Origin: Amoebophrya sp. A120
Lineage: Eukaryota > Protista > Dinoflagellata
Direction of reading: 5' to 3'
Length of the DNA: 64,000 nucleotides
Assembly: GCA_905178155.1 (NCBI GenBank)
Contig: CAJINV010000001.1
Location: forward strand, 9,445,865 to 9,509,864
The notes below the pieces were generated by a model that saw only the letters and a program-made list of their open reading frames with translations, was not told where the DNA came from and did not search any database. This document shows positions 1 to 12,640 of the stretch, piece by piece. Numbering within the stretch: position 1 is the stretch's first letter; each line of letters begins with the position of its first letter. The position numbers were made by a program, and so were the translations under genes.

Positions 1-3000
1 GCGGCGATCGTGATCACGGGCTTGAGTCTGATGATCACGTTTAATGTTCTAGTCGGCGGGCTACTCTATAAAGCGCGGGCGAGAAGGCAAGTTTTTCTCG
101 ACGAGCGGATGCGGCTGTGCAACGAGTTGTTGCTGGGCATTCGTGTCGTCAAGTATTTCGCGTGGGAAAAGCCCTACATCGACAAGATCGAGGCCGTCCG
201 CAAGTTGGAACTGTTCTACGCGCGTCGCGAGTTGTTGCTGAATTCCGCAAACATGATTCTGTACACGTTTTGGCCGCAGTTCACCATCGCGATGGCCCTG
301 ATCCACTACTCCATTCACGGCGGACTACTGACCCCGGGCAGGGCCTTCGGGATTTTATCCTTCATTGGGGTTCTGCGCTTCCCGCTGATCCAGCTCGGAC
401 ACACGCTGTCTGGCGTCGCACAGATTGTGGTCGTCATCCGAAGGACGCAGCAATTTTTGAGGAAACGAGACTCGACGGAAGAGGCGATTTTTGATGATAG
501 TACCGCAGGTCGAGCAGGAGGTGACCACCTACCGCTACTTCGCACGGAAGGAGATACAATGATGTTGGAGGACATTCAAGTGCTACAACCGGAGGAGCAG
601 GTCGCTAAAACAAGAAGTGCTGACATCGATCTAGAGACCGGCGCGCTGCCTGCAAATACGCCTGCGCGTCTGGCCGATAAAACGACTTCCCCCGTAGCTG
701 CACAAGAACACACGACCCTGATTGCGCGCCTCGCCCACGCGGACATTCGGTGGTCTGCGGCAGCGCAGGCCTTGCAGGCAAAGAAGGCGAAAGAACTGGA
801 GGAGCAGAGGAAAAAGAAAGAACAGCAGAGCTCTTTTGCCGCGACGTTGCAGGCACGCGCAACCGTGATGGCGGGACGCGCGAAATCTCGAACCTCAGCG
901 ATTGTGATGGGCAGTGTTCTCGGAATGTCCAGTCCCAAGGCAGAGGAGGCGGGAGATCATGTCAACAGGGGGAGCTTGATGAAGGAAGAGGTGCTGGAAA
1001 AACGAGAAACGGAAGAAATAAATCGCGATAGTAGAAGCAGCTCTAAGCAAGCGCAAGCGGAAGGTGAGTCGGCCCCTATTTCCGGGGAACTTCTCCCGAT
1101 CCGCGGGAGTGACGCAAACAAAACTGAACTAGCTCTCGAAAGAACATCAAAGTCTGACCTTGCCCTTCTCCGAAACGTCACACTCGATTTCCATCGTGGG
1201 GAAATTGTCGTCCTGTTTGGCCGCGTAGGAGCGGGAAAAACCACCCTGCTGCACACTTTTCTGCGCGAGACCCAGGTTGAGCGAGCAAATCATGGTCCGA
1301 CTTTACCAGCTACAAGCGCATCAAAAAATGCCGCAAGTAACCAAACCGCGGCGCCCTTCGTTTTCCCGGCGCTGGATTACCGCATGGCTTATGTTGCGCA
1401 AACCGCCTGGATCCGGAACTGTTCTATCCGCGAAAACATTCTTTTTTTCCGCAAGTACGACAAATTGAAGTACCACCGCGCCATGCGAATCGCTCAGTTG
1501 CGCGACGACGTGGCTCAGTTTCCGCACAAAGACCGCACCCAGATCGGGGAGCGGGGCGTCACCTTGAGTGGCGGGCAGAAGATGCGCGTGGCGCTTGCAC
1601 GTGCGATCTACGACCTTGACGAGCTGGACGTGTTGTTACTGGACGATCCCTTCGCCGCGCTCGACGTGCACACGAGTCGCGCTGTCCAAAAGAGGTTGCT
1701 GCAGAGTCTGGATCCGCAGAAGCAACTGACAGTGCTGGCGACCAGCCAGCACCCCCGCAGCTGGGAGGGGCAGGGGGACTGCGTGAAGCGCATCGCGATC
1801 AGCCGACGGAACGGGAAAGTGAGTGCGCTGGAACTGGCGGGGGAGATGATACTACCTGCGGGAAAAAACAGTCCGAAAAATGGATCTGCATCGCCAGTAG
1901 CGGTGGACACCGATGCCATCAGTGTCAGCTCCATAGAAGACGAAGAAGGTGCTGCAGGAGATGTTGATGCTGATGACGGCGCCGACAGTCCTGATCTTAT
2001 CCAGGAAGATGATCTGGACGACGAAGTGCTCTTCATCGGCGATCAGACACGAGAACTACATGCAGAACAGCAGCACCAGCAGCAGGCAACTCCAGCAGAA
2101 ATCGCCTCAGCGGTGACTTCGAGCACCAGCGCTGGCGACTTGAAGCAGCTCATTGTCGAGAACAGGAACGAGACCGCGACGGATTCCACCTCAGGTAACA
2201 AGAATGATCCCAGAGCATCAGAAGCGAACTTCAAGCCAGTTCCTCCTCCATTCTCGAGCAAAGTGCTCCGTCAGCGAACGACAACTCGGGACTCCGGGGA
2301 CTCGAAGGACATGGCGGTTTTTTTGGACCAGGTGGAGATCATGTCCGATCACAGCGACAGCAGCAAAAACAACAAGGACGGCCACATCATGCAGGTCGAG
2401 GAGCGGGCGACGGGGTCCGGGTTGAAACCGGAGTCGATTGCCACCTACATCGGCGCCATGGGCTGGATGGCGCCGCTCTGCGGGGTGTGGTTCCTCTGCG
2501 TGAACCTGGAGCGGGTCAGCGTCGTGGGCAGCGACGCCTGGGTCGCGACCTGGTCCCGGTGCAATGTCGAGCTCGCGGAACGCCCGGCCACGACCAATTG
2601 CGAGCCGGATGAGGACGGCTACTACCTGCACCGGTATTTGCTGTTGCTGGGTTGCGTGTGGTTTTTCATCTCCGGGACGCGAATCCTGTTCCCGATTCTC
2701 TGCGTTCGTGCGGCCGGCACGCTGTTCAGCCGCATGCTGATTTCGGTCTGCCGCGCGCCCATGCACTGGTACGACACCACACCGATGGGCCGAATCTTGA
2801 ACCGCTTTTCCTTCGATACGGAGAACCTCGACGCGATTTTGGTGTTGAAAATGTTTCCGGCGCTGGTTTCGCTCTCCTGGTCCTCCGGCGCGCTGGGATT
2901 ACTGACCGTGGTGTACTTTCCCTACTTCTTCGCGGTGCTTCCCTTCTTCCTCTTCATCTACGGCACGCTGCTTAACATTTGTCGCAACTCGATCCGAGAT

Positions 3001-4747
3001 CTCCAGCGGCTGGACGCGTTGACGCGGTCCCCCGTGGTTTCCCTGGTCAGCGAGGTCATTGGCGGCTTGAGCACCGTGCGATGCTTTCAGGCAGAAACTG
3101 TGTACCGCGACGAGATGGCGCGGCTGGTGAACTTGAACTCCCGGGCAATTTACGCGTTCAACTCCGCTAGTCGCTGGCTCGGCGTCCGCGCGGAATTACT
3201 TTCCTCCCACATCATTCTGCTGACCTGTCTCGGCGCAATCGGCTTCGACGTCGGGGCCGGGGAGCTGGGAGTTTCCCTGTTGTGGTGCATGAATTTGACG
3301 ATGTCCATGAACTACACGTGCCAGTTCTTCGCCATCTTTGAAGCGGCTTTCACCTCAGTCGAGCGGGTTTCGGAACTGTGCAATTTGGAAAAGGACGGCG
3401 AATACCACAAGGGAATCGACGACGGAGTCAATGCAAGAAAACGAGGAAGAAGCAAGAAACAGCAAGAGCAGGTGGCGCAAGTAGCAAAGTCCGGCGCGGC
3501 GACAACTACTGGAGAAGTTGAATTGCTAGACATGAAAGTCAACGCCAACAAGCAGGCAGCTTTTAGTACAACTAGCGAAAGTGTCCTCATCTGCGAACAA
3601 CAAGCTGACACTACTACTGTCGTCTCAACCGGCTTACGCCTCGACCACGTAACAGTCCACTACCGAAAGAACCTCCCTTATGGAAGCGTCAGGATTGAAA
3701 TCGTCAAAGTTGAAATAGTTTGTAATGCATAATAAAATGCTAATGCATGACGCGAGGCACGTGTGTTGCAGAGGAGGCAAGTGAGGCCGATTGCAAGCCT
3801 GTTCGGGGTTAGAGCTCGAGCTGCTAAAGTAGCATGAGAAAATCAGTTTTCTTTGCCTAAACAGCATGACAAACTGGATTTAGGGACCGCCAAAATTTGT
3901 CATGCGCCGCTCAGAAATTGGGCTTCCAACTGCCATCCATTTTATGCATCACAAACTATTTCAACTTTGACGATTTCAATCCTGACAGTTCCATATCCCT
4001 CCAGCGCTGAAAAACCTAGCTTTCTCCGTCTTACCGGGCGAGCGGTGCGCCGTGGTCGGCCGGACCGGTGCGGGGAAGAGTTCGTTGGCGGTGGCGATTT
4101 TTCAGCTCGCGGAGGTTGTCGACGGTCAAATCTTGCTGAACGGGACAAACCTGAAAACCCTGCCGATCGACGAAGCGCGAAAAAAGTGCGGAATTATCAC
4201 ACAAGATCCCGTCGTCTTTGGGGGTTCAGACCTCACCATCCGGTACAACCTCGATCCCTTTGGCGAATACAGCGATGAGCAGTGCCAAGCGGTCCTCCGC
4301 GCGTCGCAGCTCGCGGATCGGTTTCAGCTGACGGACAAAATCGAGGAAAGCGCGACCAATCTTTCCGTCGGGGAGCGGCAGCTGCTGTGCCTGGCTCGGG
4401 TGTTGCTGCGCAAGCCCGAGCTTCTGATTTGCGACGAAGCCACGGCCAGCTGCGACGCGGCGACCGACAAGCAGGTGCAGAAAGCGATCACGGATTGGCT
4501 GCGGTTGGAAAACCAGGGCTGCTGCGTTTTGTCGGTAGCGCACAGACTGGATACCATTGTGGACTACGACAAAGCGGTGGTGCTGGACAAGGGAGAAGTT
4601 GCGGAAATCGGTTCAATTCCAGAATTACTGGCGAATAGCAGCGGGTACTTCTACCGCCTCGTTTCGCACGCGGATGACGAAACGCGAACACTCTTCGCGG
4701 CGCGCGGGTACCAGGAGGTGGATGAGGAGGTCACCAGGGGAGATTAG
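1..4747 (+). CDS. ABC transporter, subfamily C (MRP-like), 5'-truncated by the window; exons <1..3678 and 4001..4747
   Basis: TMD1 end, NBD1 (GRVGAGKT Walker A, LSGGQKMR signature, LLLDD Walker B), TMD2 (WYDTTPMGRILNRFSFD, QRLDALTRSP) and NBD2 (GRTGAGKSS, LSVGERQ, LICDEAT). Removing 3679..4000 joins HYRKNLP to PALKNLAFSVLPGERCAVVGRTGAGKSS in frame. Confidence 0.95.
3679..3995. mobile_element. Introner/MITE-like non-canonical intron, TATGG...CCATA class
   Basis: 54-bp terminal inverted repeats (3679-3732 and 3942-3995, 3 mismatches) flanked by the 5-bp direct repeat TCCCT (3674-3678 and 3996-4000). Excising the element plus one repeat copy restores the ABC frame. No GT-AG at any equivalent boundary. 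Confidence 0.92.
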
Positions 4748-5325
4748 AAATCGAAAGGAAAGTAGTTGTACGACAACATGATAGCCAGGAGACACTATCA
4801 ACATGAATAGGAAATAAAAGATAAGGATATTATAGGAGCGTTCACATTTACAGAAAAAACAGTGATGTGAACTCTGGCAATCAATCGCATTCCAAACTGA
4901 ATGAACTTTTCTCATCCTGATGATTCCACTGCGCAAAAAAATTAAGTTGTATTAAGGACTGTTTTTGTACTAGATCGGAATATCAAAATACTTTTTGTGT
5001 TCGGCGCATGCCAATCCAAAGTGAGCTTGTATCAGCGCACCATCGACAAGAGCTCCTCGCTCCGTTCCCGTTGTGGAATCGGGGTCGCACGGCGTCGCCG
5101 TTGTGGAACCAATGTAGAATCGGCGTCGGCCAAAAAAGAGTGACTTCAGAACAAATCTGAATCTGAATCGCTAGTAGAGTGGGACGAAGATGATAACAAG
5201 CTCACGAAATAAGGGTGGAGCGGATGAGGCAGAGCACTTCTGTGAGCGCAAGCTCCGCGCGTCTTTGGCCTTCACTTCAGACCCCTGGTTGCATTCAGCG
5301 CAGAAATAGAACAAACAACTACAAG

Positions 5326-8014
5326 ATGCATTCCATCTGTTTTGCTTTCATTTTGATCCACGCCCGGGTGGCGCCTGGGTTCAAAATGCGTACCCACGAC
5401 AAAGCAGTCATACGGGACAGCAGAGGCGGTCTTGCAAGAGGAAAACACAAACATAGGCGACATGGACATCACCACACGCACTCGATGAAAAAACCGAGCA
5501 CGACGCAAAACGTGCTTGTAGAACCAGGATCGACCAATGTCGTAGAGAGCCACGAAAGAACAGCCGTCGAGCAATTACCGATGCACGTCGAAGTTCACCA
5601 GGCCCAGCATGCTGCTGACCCTCGGGACGTAGAAGTGATCGATGCGAAGAAGCAGGAGAAGAGTGACGGGATGAAGGCGTTGACTTCTGCTTCCGCGCTG
5701 CGTTCCGAGCCGCAAACTGTATTTCTTGAAGAGCCTGCTCAAGAAGGTAAAGATGCAACAAGACAGCGTCACTCCTGTAACACCGGCTTGATGTTCGCCA
5801 TCCCTGAGTCTCTCTACCCTCTGCAGTTGTATGCCGAACACGCAATGAGCTGGCTGGGCAAGCGGCTGCATTTTTACATCGATAATCCCGAACCGGCAAA
5901 CCTTTCCGGGCCGAACGCGATCGAACAAGCTAGTACTACGAGCTCCTCCAAGGCCTGGCTGAAGTTGCTGCAACAGAATCGTGAACTTAAGAACTCAACC
6001 CTGGGCAGCGTGGCGGATACCTGTCAAGCGGGCACAAATAGCGATACGTGTTCGGCATTGTGCGTCGACGCATATCAGTCGTGTCTGGCCCGGACCTCAA
6101 GCGACAAACTGGAGGACCTCGAGTTGGTGCGCAACAAAATTGTCAGCACGGCGAACAATTCAAATTCTTCTACATCCGCAAACTCCTCTACCACGGGATC
6201 GTCCTCGAACGCCGTGACACTTTGGTCTTCGCGGAATGTCGACGAAGAGGCTGGTGGACCCTCAGATTTGTCCAGCTCGTTCTCATACCTGCAACGTTCT
6301 CAACAGGAACAACCGGGCGTGGCCGCGGCTGGAAATGCAACATCAGCAGGAGCTAAAGACCCTAAGTTTTATTCAGGCAGCCCCGATGAACTGGCTGAAG
6401 GCCAGGTGTGTAGGCTGCATTCGCACGAGTGTTATCTACTGCAAAAGAAGTAGAGTACATCACGAACACGTGTCAGATTCGATACAAGAAACCACCTAAG
6501 TCGTGCTACTTCAATCAAAGCGAACAACAATAAGGAAAGGCAAACCTGTCATGCTCTTCTGGTGTCGGTGTAGTTGATAGTATCTGGGCACGACACGAAC
6601 AGGAACATAGACACGATGGTGATACAGCTCCCCCTTGTTTTTGTTTCTGTCCGTTCATGCATTTGGATTTGGATTTGATACGGAAATAAAAGTATGCGCT
6701 ACTACTTTTGCACGGTACACCTGCATGTCTAAACTGGACACCTGGAAAGCAGGATGGAATTGCTCCGCCGCGCTGGGGCTCTACAACGACATTCTTCTGA
6801 CAAGAGATGTCACCCTGCAGTACGGGATCGAGTGCACGGCAGCAGCCTCGCTGATGGCGATCATGCTCGCGGTGCTCTGTTGTGGCATGCCCTGGACCTG
6901 CCTTTGCGTCGGTTGCTGTGTGGAGCAGCACCGCCAGCGGTTCCGGCCGGAACTGGGCACCACCCGGAAGCTCACCCAACAACAGCGCCGCCTCGAAGCC
7001 GAGGGCGAAGCGGCACAGCCCCAGGACGGCACTGTAGTGGAGGGCGAAATTGTGGAGGGGGTCGAGGAGGGGGAAATCGAAGTTACCACGACAACGACGG
7101 ACCCAATTACCGGCGCGACGCTGCCGAAAAAGATAAAAATGCCCGCGAACGGCGACGTGCTCGGGCAGGAGCTCTTCATCCGGCAGAAGGTCACAGCCTA
7201 TGATTTTGTCGAGCTCTTGTGCGGGCTCGAGATGGGCAACAAGTACGAGCTGTATCCGGTGAAAGACGACAAGAATCTCCCCATGATGCACATTGACGAG
7301 CGAGGTACAAACTGGTGCCAGCGGATCTGTTGCGGCACGATACGAGGTTTAACGTTCGACGTTTTCTACGGGCGACCGCAGCTCGTCATGGCCCCGGTCA
7401 TTGCACAAGCAGGTCCGGTCATCCCCGGTCTGAACGACGAAAAAAACAGAGACGACGCAAAGAACGCCCCGGGTGTGCCGCTACTGGAGATCAAGAAGGG
7501 GATTAGCTGCCAAGGACTTGCCTGTCTCTGCTGTTACTGCGGGCCGCAGTGCTGCACCGCCTGCTGCCGGCCCAAGATCCACGTACACGCCACTGAGCAC
7601 GCAGTCGGGGGCAGGAGAAAAATTGGCTACGTCCAGGACCACAACCGATTCTGCGGGTCACGGCAGGAGGTGTACCTCGGCGCAAACGACGATGCTGCGA
7701 CGCACACCTTCACCGTGGAGGGTTCCTCCTGCCAGCTCGGCGCGCTCTGTTGTGCGGGATTCGAGGCCAAGTACGCAATCAAGGAGGCGGGGAGCAACAA
7801 GGAGGTCGGCTTATTGAAGAAGGAGGCGGTGACGGGAACCCAGTTACTGCTGGAATTCGTAGCGGACGCCCAGATTTTTCGCGTTACCCCTCCCGACCCG
7901 GTGACCCTGGACGAAAAAGCAATGCTGCTAGCTGCTGCGATGATGGTGGAACTCCAATACTACGAGGGACAGAATGGTGCGGCGAATGTAGCAACCCCGG
8001 GATTCATGGATTGA
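5326..8014 (+). CDS. Signal-peptide / Cys-containing ectodomain / TM / phospholipid-scramblase-like protein; exons 5326..6438 and 6713..8014
   Basis: The C-terminal part has scramblase-like motifs (LFIRQKV..VELLCGLEMGNKYEL, CQRICCGTIRGL, IGYVQD, EKAMLLAAAMMVELQYYE). Hydrophobic N-terminus MHSICFAFILIHA. In-frame join HECYL|RYTCMSK after removing 6439..6712. Confidence 0.7.
6440..6712. mobile_element. Non-canonical inverted-repeat intron, TGCAAAAG...CTTTTGCA class
   Basis: TGCAAAAGAAGTAG (6440-6453) vs CTACTACTTTTGCA (6699-6712), 13/14 complementary. Same termini as 25630..25768. Removing the element plus 1 nt fuses ORFs 5215 and 6635 in frame. Confidence 0.7.
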
Positions 8015-8513
8015 AGGAGAAAGAGATTTGTTGTGTGGACTTGATGTTTGATTTTGAAATGAAATGAACCATATTAATGACACAGAGGCGGGCGTCTCCA
8101 AGAGACGCACCTGGACTTGTACGATATGAGGAAGGGCACTGGTCTTATCAAGAAGATGAAGATGCTGGCCAGGTTGAAAATTATGATTGACCCAGCTATC
8201 ACGAAGAACAATGAATCAAGTGTCTTTGAACTCCGCGGCTCCACCACCTGTACAATTTTGAATCGGAATAGTAAGTCATGGGTGTCTAATGTGCACCTGT
8301 TCCTGCAGCAGGAGCAGGAGCTACTCTCACTTTGCGTGGCCTGATGATTGCCTGACCTACTTACTCGTGTTTCGAAGTGTTCCGAAGAGGTCCATGGAGT
8401 CAATGACCGATACCATGGATCAGATTTTTCGGCTGGGCCCGGCGGTCCGCAAGTGGTGCGTCACCTTACGGCAGAACATACACATTTGTATCCCAGAACC
8501 CCATAGTCGCAGG

Positions 8514-11354
8514 ATGTTTTATTTTTTGTTGTTTCTGGTGCAAACTCTATCTTGCCTGTTTGTCGTGGCTCTTGCGACCACTTCTGTAAACGAGAATGGC
8601 GAGCTCGAGGCCACGGCGCGTTCCAATCATGACACAGAGCGCGGACGTGGACGCAACCCACTCGTACGCCTTGAATTCCGTGCACTTCCAGAGTCCTCTA
8701 TTCAACACCGAACGGCTTGCAGTGCAGCTCCTCAACACCAAGACCCTAACAAAGTCCTGCTGGGTGTTGACCACACGGAAACCGCGGGGGGCGAAGGTTT
8801 CAGCACACACAACAGAACCACCACAGCAACTACAACGTCGGCGAAAATCCCTCGTTTCGTTCTCTACTCCTTTCCACCGAACAACAGGGAGGCCAGGCTC
8901 TTTCTGCAGGCCAACGAAAAGTACATCGGCCCCGAGTGGACCCCGGTTTTTCTCGACGACGAAACTTGCGTGAAGAATTTTGTCGCTTTTCGAACCATAG
9001 TTCTCCAAACACCGGATGGCAACACACAACGCTACACGCCGACCCAAATCCAAGCGGTCTTCGACAATTTCTCCTTCGGCGCACACAAGGCGGATCTGTG
9101 CAGGTATCACTTCGCGTTTGTCAAAGGGGGTGTCATGATCGATTCCGACGCGCTGCTCGCCGAGAATCTCAGCGACATCATTGACCGGGGCGACGCCGAC
9201 TACGTGGGGATCCGGGCGCAACTGCGCAGTTTCAGCATTGGGCTGAGGCACTCCTGCCACCTGATTCTCGGTTCGACCGCGGGAAATCCGATTATGCGAG
9301 ACGCTTTGTGGGACATTCTGCAGTGGAAGAAAAACGCATGGATGTGGGGACCAGTCGACTGGCGGGACAACATGCGACAGTTTCTCGTGCCCGGGGTCGC
9401 GCAACTGCACTACATGCGTCACCAAGCACTGCGAAAGCAGGCGAAGCGGATTTCTGATAGGAGTGAGGAGTATGCAGTAGGAGCGCAAGAACCTAGTCAT
9501 CAAGAATCTGAATCCATTTCGGATCAACATTCGCTCCCGATTGTGCACGCTGCGCAGTATGGCTACGACGAAAAAACGAAATCACTCGCCGGCAAAAACA
9601 GAATGACCGTAACGCCTGTACCGCCCGTGGTGTCAAACTATCGGCGCCAGATCCTTGCCAAGCAGATTAATGTCGAAACCGGTGCAATTAACGAATCGCA
9701 ATGCGGCTTTGACCAGTTTCGCTTACAATTACGCGCCATCCTTCGTGTCGCGGAGTTTCTTTGGCGACAGTGTCTGGTGGCCACAAATTTTGCAGGACGA
9801 CTTTCTGACCCAAGCCGAAGCGGCTATCACAGTGAGATGGAACAGCTACGCGACTGCGCAAGGACCCACTTTCCCTTTATCGCTGACGCGCTCGTCTTTC
9901 GGCGCCGCAGCAGACTGCTAAACCGGAATACGAGGCGATTTGTCATCGCTGCCACTGAATACCGAGAGCACTCCGAAGTTGCTGCATTTCTGAAAGAACT
10001 CGAGCTGTCCGGATACGGCACTTCGCTTTGGAAGCCTCTTTTTCTCGCCGCGCAAACGCTTGTCTTCTACACCCTCGATCCTAGAAGGGAAGCTGAGCAG
10101 GAGCAGCAGCAGAACACCGGAACAACCACTTCAGTTCGCGACGAGCACCCCAACAGAGGGACCATAGGCTCTCTACTGCTACGAAAAAACACTACTGAGC
10201 GAGCCGACCAGCAGCTAAGACCGAACGGTGGAGCCAGTTCAACTATATCGCACGGCAGGTGGGTCGGACCTCTACACTATCAAAATTTCAATGCGAAACT
10301 GTGGCAATTGATGCACAAATACAACACGACGCAGAAAATCCGCTATTTGGACGAACACAGTCTCAGTGCGCTTGCCGATCCTGCTACCATTCTGGTTGCG
10401 CCGGAGGAAGATCAAAGCGTTTGTCTCGAACTAGTTGCGGCGGAAACAGCATTGGAGGAAGGGGGAGACGCAATAGACACTGAAAGCAGTAGTTTAGCCG
10501 CACCGGCGGCGACGGAAAATATCGATGTCGAAATCAAATTTGAGCTAGGGCCTGAGAAGTTGTCTTCCCATAGTGTGAACGTGACTTTTACCGACCTTTC
10601 ACTTTTATCCACGGGAAGCAACGCTGCAGATGGCAGCCATCCTGACGACCTTCTGCACGAGCCTTCAAGCGTAGCTGGAGTTCATGTACATGATGTAATA
10701 GCAGTGCAGCAGTATGTTCTCGAGAACGAGAAAAACAAGGACACCCTGACCCAAGCAGTTACAAACGCCGCATCGCGCGCGTTGTCAAGCAGGAGCAACA
10801 TCAAAGCCGCTGGACGAGAGACAACTCGTGGAGAAAGAGATGTTGATAACGACCAGTCACAGAAAACGATCCCTTTAGTGGCTTCACAGCTTTATCACCA
10901 CAATCCTCCGTCCCGCCTTGCACTTCCGAGAATCGTTGCTACCCACCACAGCAAGGACAAATGTCCTGCTTTCTGGATTGACGATCTGGAGCTGCCGCGA
11001 GAGAAAATTGCATACGACACTTTTTGGAATCACCCAGAACATTTTACCATGGATTGCACCGCACCTGGTGTCGATTGCGGGTACCCTATTCAGGATTGGG
11101 CATTGCTACTGAGCTTAGTTCACGACACTTCGCAGGAGCAACAAATACAAAAATTCTACGTCGAGATAAACGTGGCCGATCTGGTGCTTCTTCACATTGT
11201 CGTCGGTTATGTGCTGTTTTGGTGTTCAACTCATGGCGGAAGAAGATCTGAAAAAGAGCCACAACTTACGCATACATGCTTGTTCTTTAGTAGAGATACC
11301 AAAACGAATTTATTGCATCGTCCACATGATAAGTACATCGATCGCTTGAAGTAG
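8514..11354 (+). CDS. Glycosyltransferase with DXD sugar-binding motif (GT32/Gly_transf_sug-like)
   Basis: GAHKADLCRYHFAFVKGGVMIDSD motif. ATG 8514 starts a signal/anchor-like MFYFLLFLVQTLSCLFVVALA. Long open frame (8289..11354); the true start and any 3' introns are uncertain. Confidence 0.72.
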   Translation: MFYFLLFLVQTLSCLFVVALATTSVNENGELEATARSNHDTERGRGRNPLVRLEFRALPESSIQHRTACSAAPQHQDPNKVLLGVDHTETAGGEGFSTHNRTTTATTTSAKIPRFVLYSFPPNNREARLFLQANEKYIGPEWTPVFLDDETCVKNFVAFRTIVLQTPDGNTQRYTPTQIQAVFDNFSFGAHKADLCRYHFAFVKGGVMIDSDALLAENLSDIIDRGDADYVGIRAQLRSFSIGLRHSCHLILGSTAGNPIMRDALWDILQWKKNAWMWGPVDWRDNMRQFLVPGVAQLHYMRHQALRKQAKRISDRSEEYAVGAQEPSHQESESISDQHSLPIVHAAQYGYDEKTKSLAGKNRMTVTPVPPVVSNYRRQILAKQINVETGAINESQCGFDQFRLQLRAILRVAEFLWRQCLVATNFAGRLSDPSRSGYHSEMEQLRDCARTHFPFIADALVFRRRSRLLNRNTRRFVIAATEYREHSEVAAFLKELELSGYGTSLWKPLFLAAQTLVFYTLDPRREAEQEQQQNTGTTTSVRDEHPNRGTIGSLLLRKNTTERADQQLRPNGGASSTISHGRWVGPLHYQNFNAKLWQLMHKYNTTQKIRYLDEHSLSALADPATILVAPEEDQSVCLELVAAETALEEGGDAIDTESSSLAAPAATENIDVEIKFELGPEKLSSHSVNVTFTDLSLLSTGSNAADGSHPDDLLHEPSSVAGVHVHDVIAVQQYVLENEKNKDTLTQAVTNAASRALSSRSNIKAAGRETTRGERDVDNDQSQKTIPLVASQLYHHNPPSRLALPRIVATHHSKDKCPAFWIDDLELPREKIAYDTFWNHPEHFTMDCTAPGVDCGYPIQDWALLLSLVHDTSQEQQIQKFYVEINVADLVLLHIVVGYVLFWCSTHGGRRSEKEPQLTHTCLFFSRDTKTNLLHRPHDKYIDRLK

Positions 11355-11680
11355 CCAAAAGGCGACGTAGCAGGTTTAGGAGCACCGGGAAGTGGTCAGC
11401 TACAGGCTTGACAAACGTTCCCGCCTGTTGTCATCTTTGAGAATTCTTACTCTTCACAATGCCTGCTCTGTCCTCAGTTTCGATTCTTTCAGGAGGTGTT
11501 GAATAGTAGTTTTCTCTAAACAATAACAACACGTACGTACACCTTTAACAGCGTAAGTATATAGTGCCTGAACGTGCGCCGGGCTTCATGGTGGCGACAA
11601 TGAAGCCATAACAAAGGAAGCTCTGCCACAGGCCGCCCTCAGGTTCAGATACTTAATCGTCCTCTTGCCACGGAAACACG

Positions 11681-12640
11681 ATGGCCGCAAAGATGCAGCG
11701 CGGTTTGTTTTTCGTCTTCGAAGGTCTCGACCGCAGCGGGAAGAGCACGCAATCGGAGCGACTTTTTGAGTACCTGCGGGAGAGTGGACGGGCAGTGAAG
11801 AAGCTACAATTCCCAAACCGAACGACGACGATTGGAGGGCTGATAAATTCGTATATGAATTTTTTTCTTGCTTCACTAAACATGAGCTCAGTCAAGCTTT
11901 TTTGCACAGGAGCTTACTTACTTCATGTCAAACAAACGCATCTTGTTGAGAAATTATTAGCCCCGCCATCAACCTCAACAACTGCAGGTACCTTCAGTCA
12001 AAGTCCGAGCTTTCAGACGAGGCAATACACCTGCTGTTTTCCGCAAATCGCTGGGAGACCTCCGTGGAAATCGAGAAAGACCTAGCAGCTGGCACGACGA
12101 TCGTTTGCGATCGATACGCCTTTTCAGGGGTCGCGTATACTGCCGCGAAAGGTATGGTGCTTGACTTGCCGCCGCCGTTTACGTAACCTTTATTTCGAGG
12201 AGAAGTACAAAAACCACTCTCTCACCTTTTTCTCATTAGTACCAGCCTAAATTGGACATGCAATGCAGAGACGCAACTGGCAGGAAAAAGATGTATGTTG
12301 AAGATCTGCTTCTGCTTCATCAGGTAAAAAGTCGCTGAGCTGGTGCAAGGCGCCGGATGTCGGCCTTCCCGAGCCCGACTGCGTTTTTTTTCTTCAAGTA
12401 GACCCGGAAACCGCGAAGCAGAGGTCCGACTTCGGCGAGGAGCGCTACGAAAAAGCCGAATTTCAGCAAAAGGTCGGGGCGCAGTTTGCATCCTTCAGCT
12501 CCGAAAAATTTTGGCACATACTGGACGCAGCTCGGCCCAAGGACGACCTGAGTACCGAAATACAGCAGCGGGTCGGAGACTTGCTGCAGTCCGCAGACAG
12601 AAAACCAATCGGGAGACTGTGGGAAACGTCACAGTCATGA
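11681..12640 (+). CDS. DTYMK: Thymidylate kinase (dTMP kinase); exons 11681..11850, 11988..12151, 12324..12640
   Basis: [12 protein letters not shown]-loop, [46 protein letters not shown]. Two GT-AG introns (11851..11987, 12152..12323) give a continuous ~216-aa frame ending at TGA 12638-12640. Confidence 0.95.

Noticed and set aside
3853-4278. ORFs repeating the peptide VRIEIVKVEIVC or its antisense
   Set aside because: An artefact of translating the 54-bp inverted repeats; not a protein repeat.
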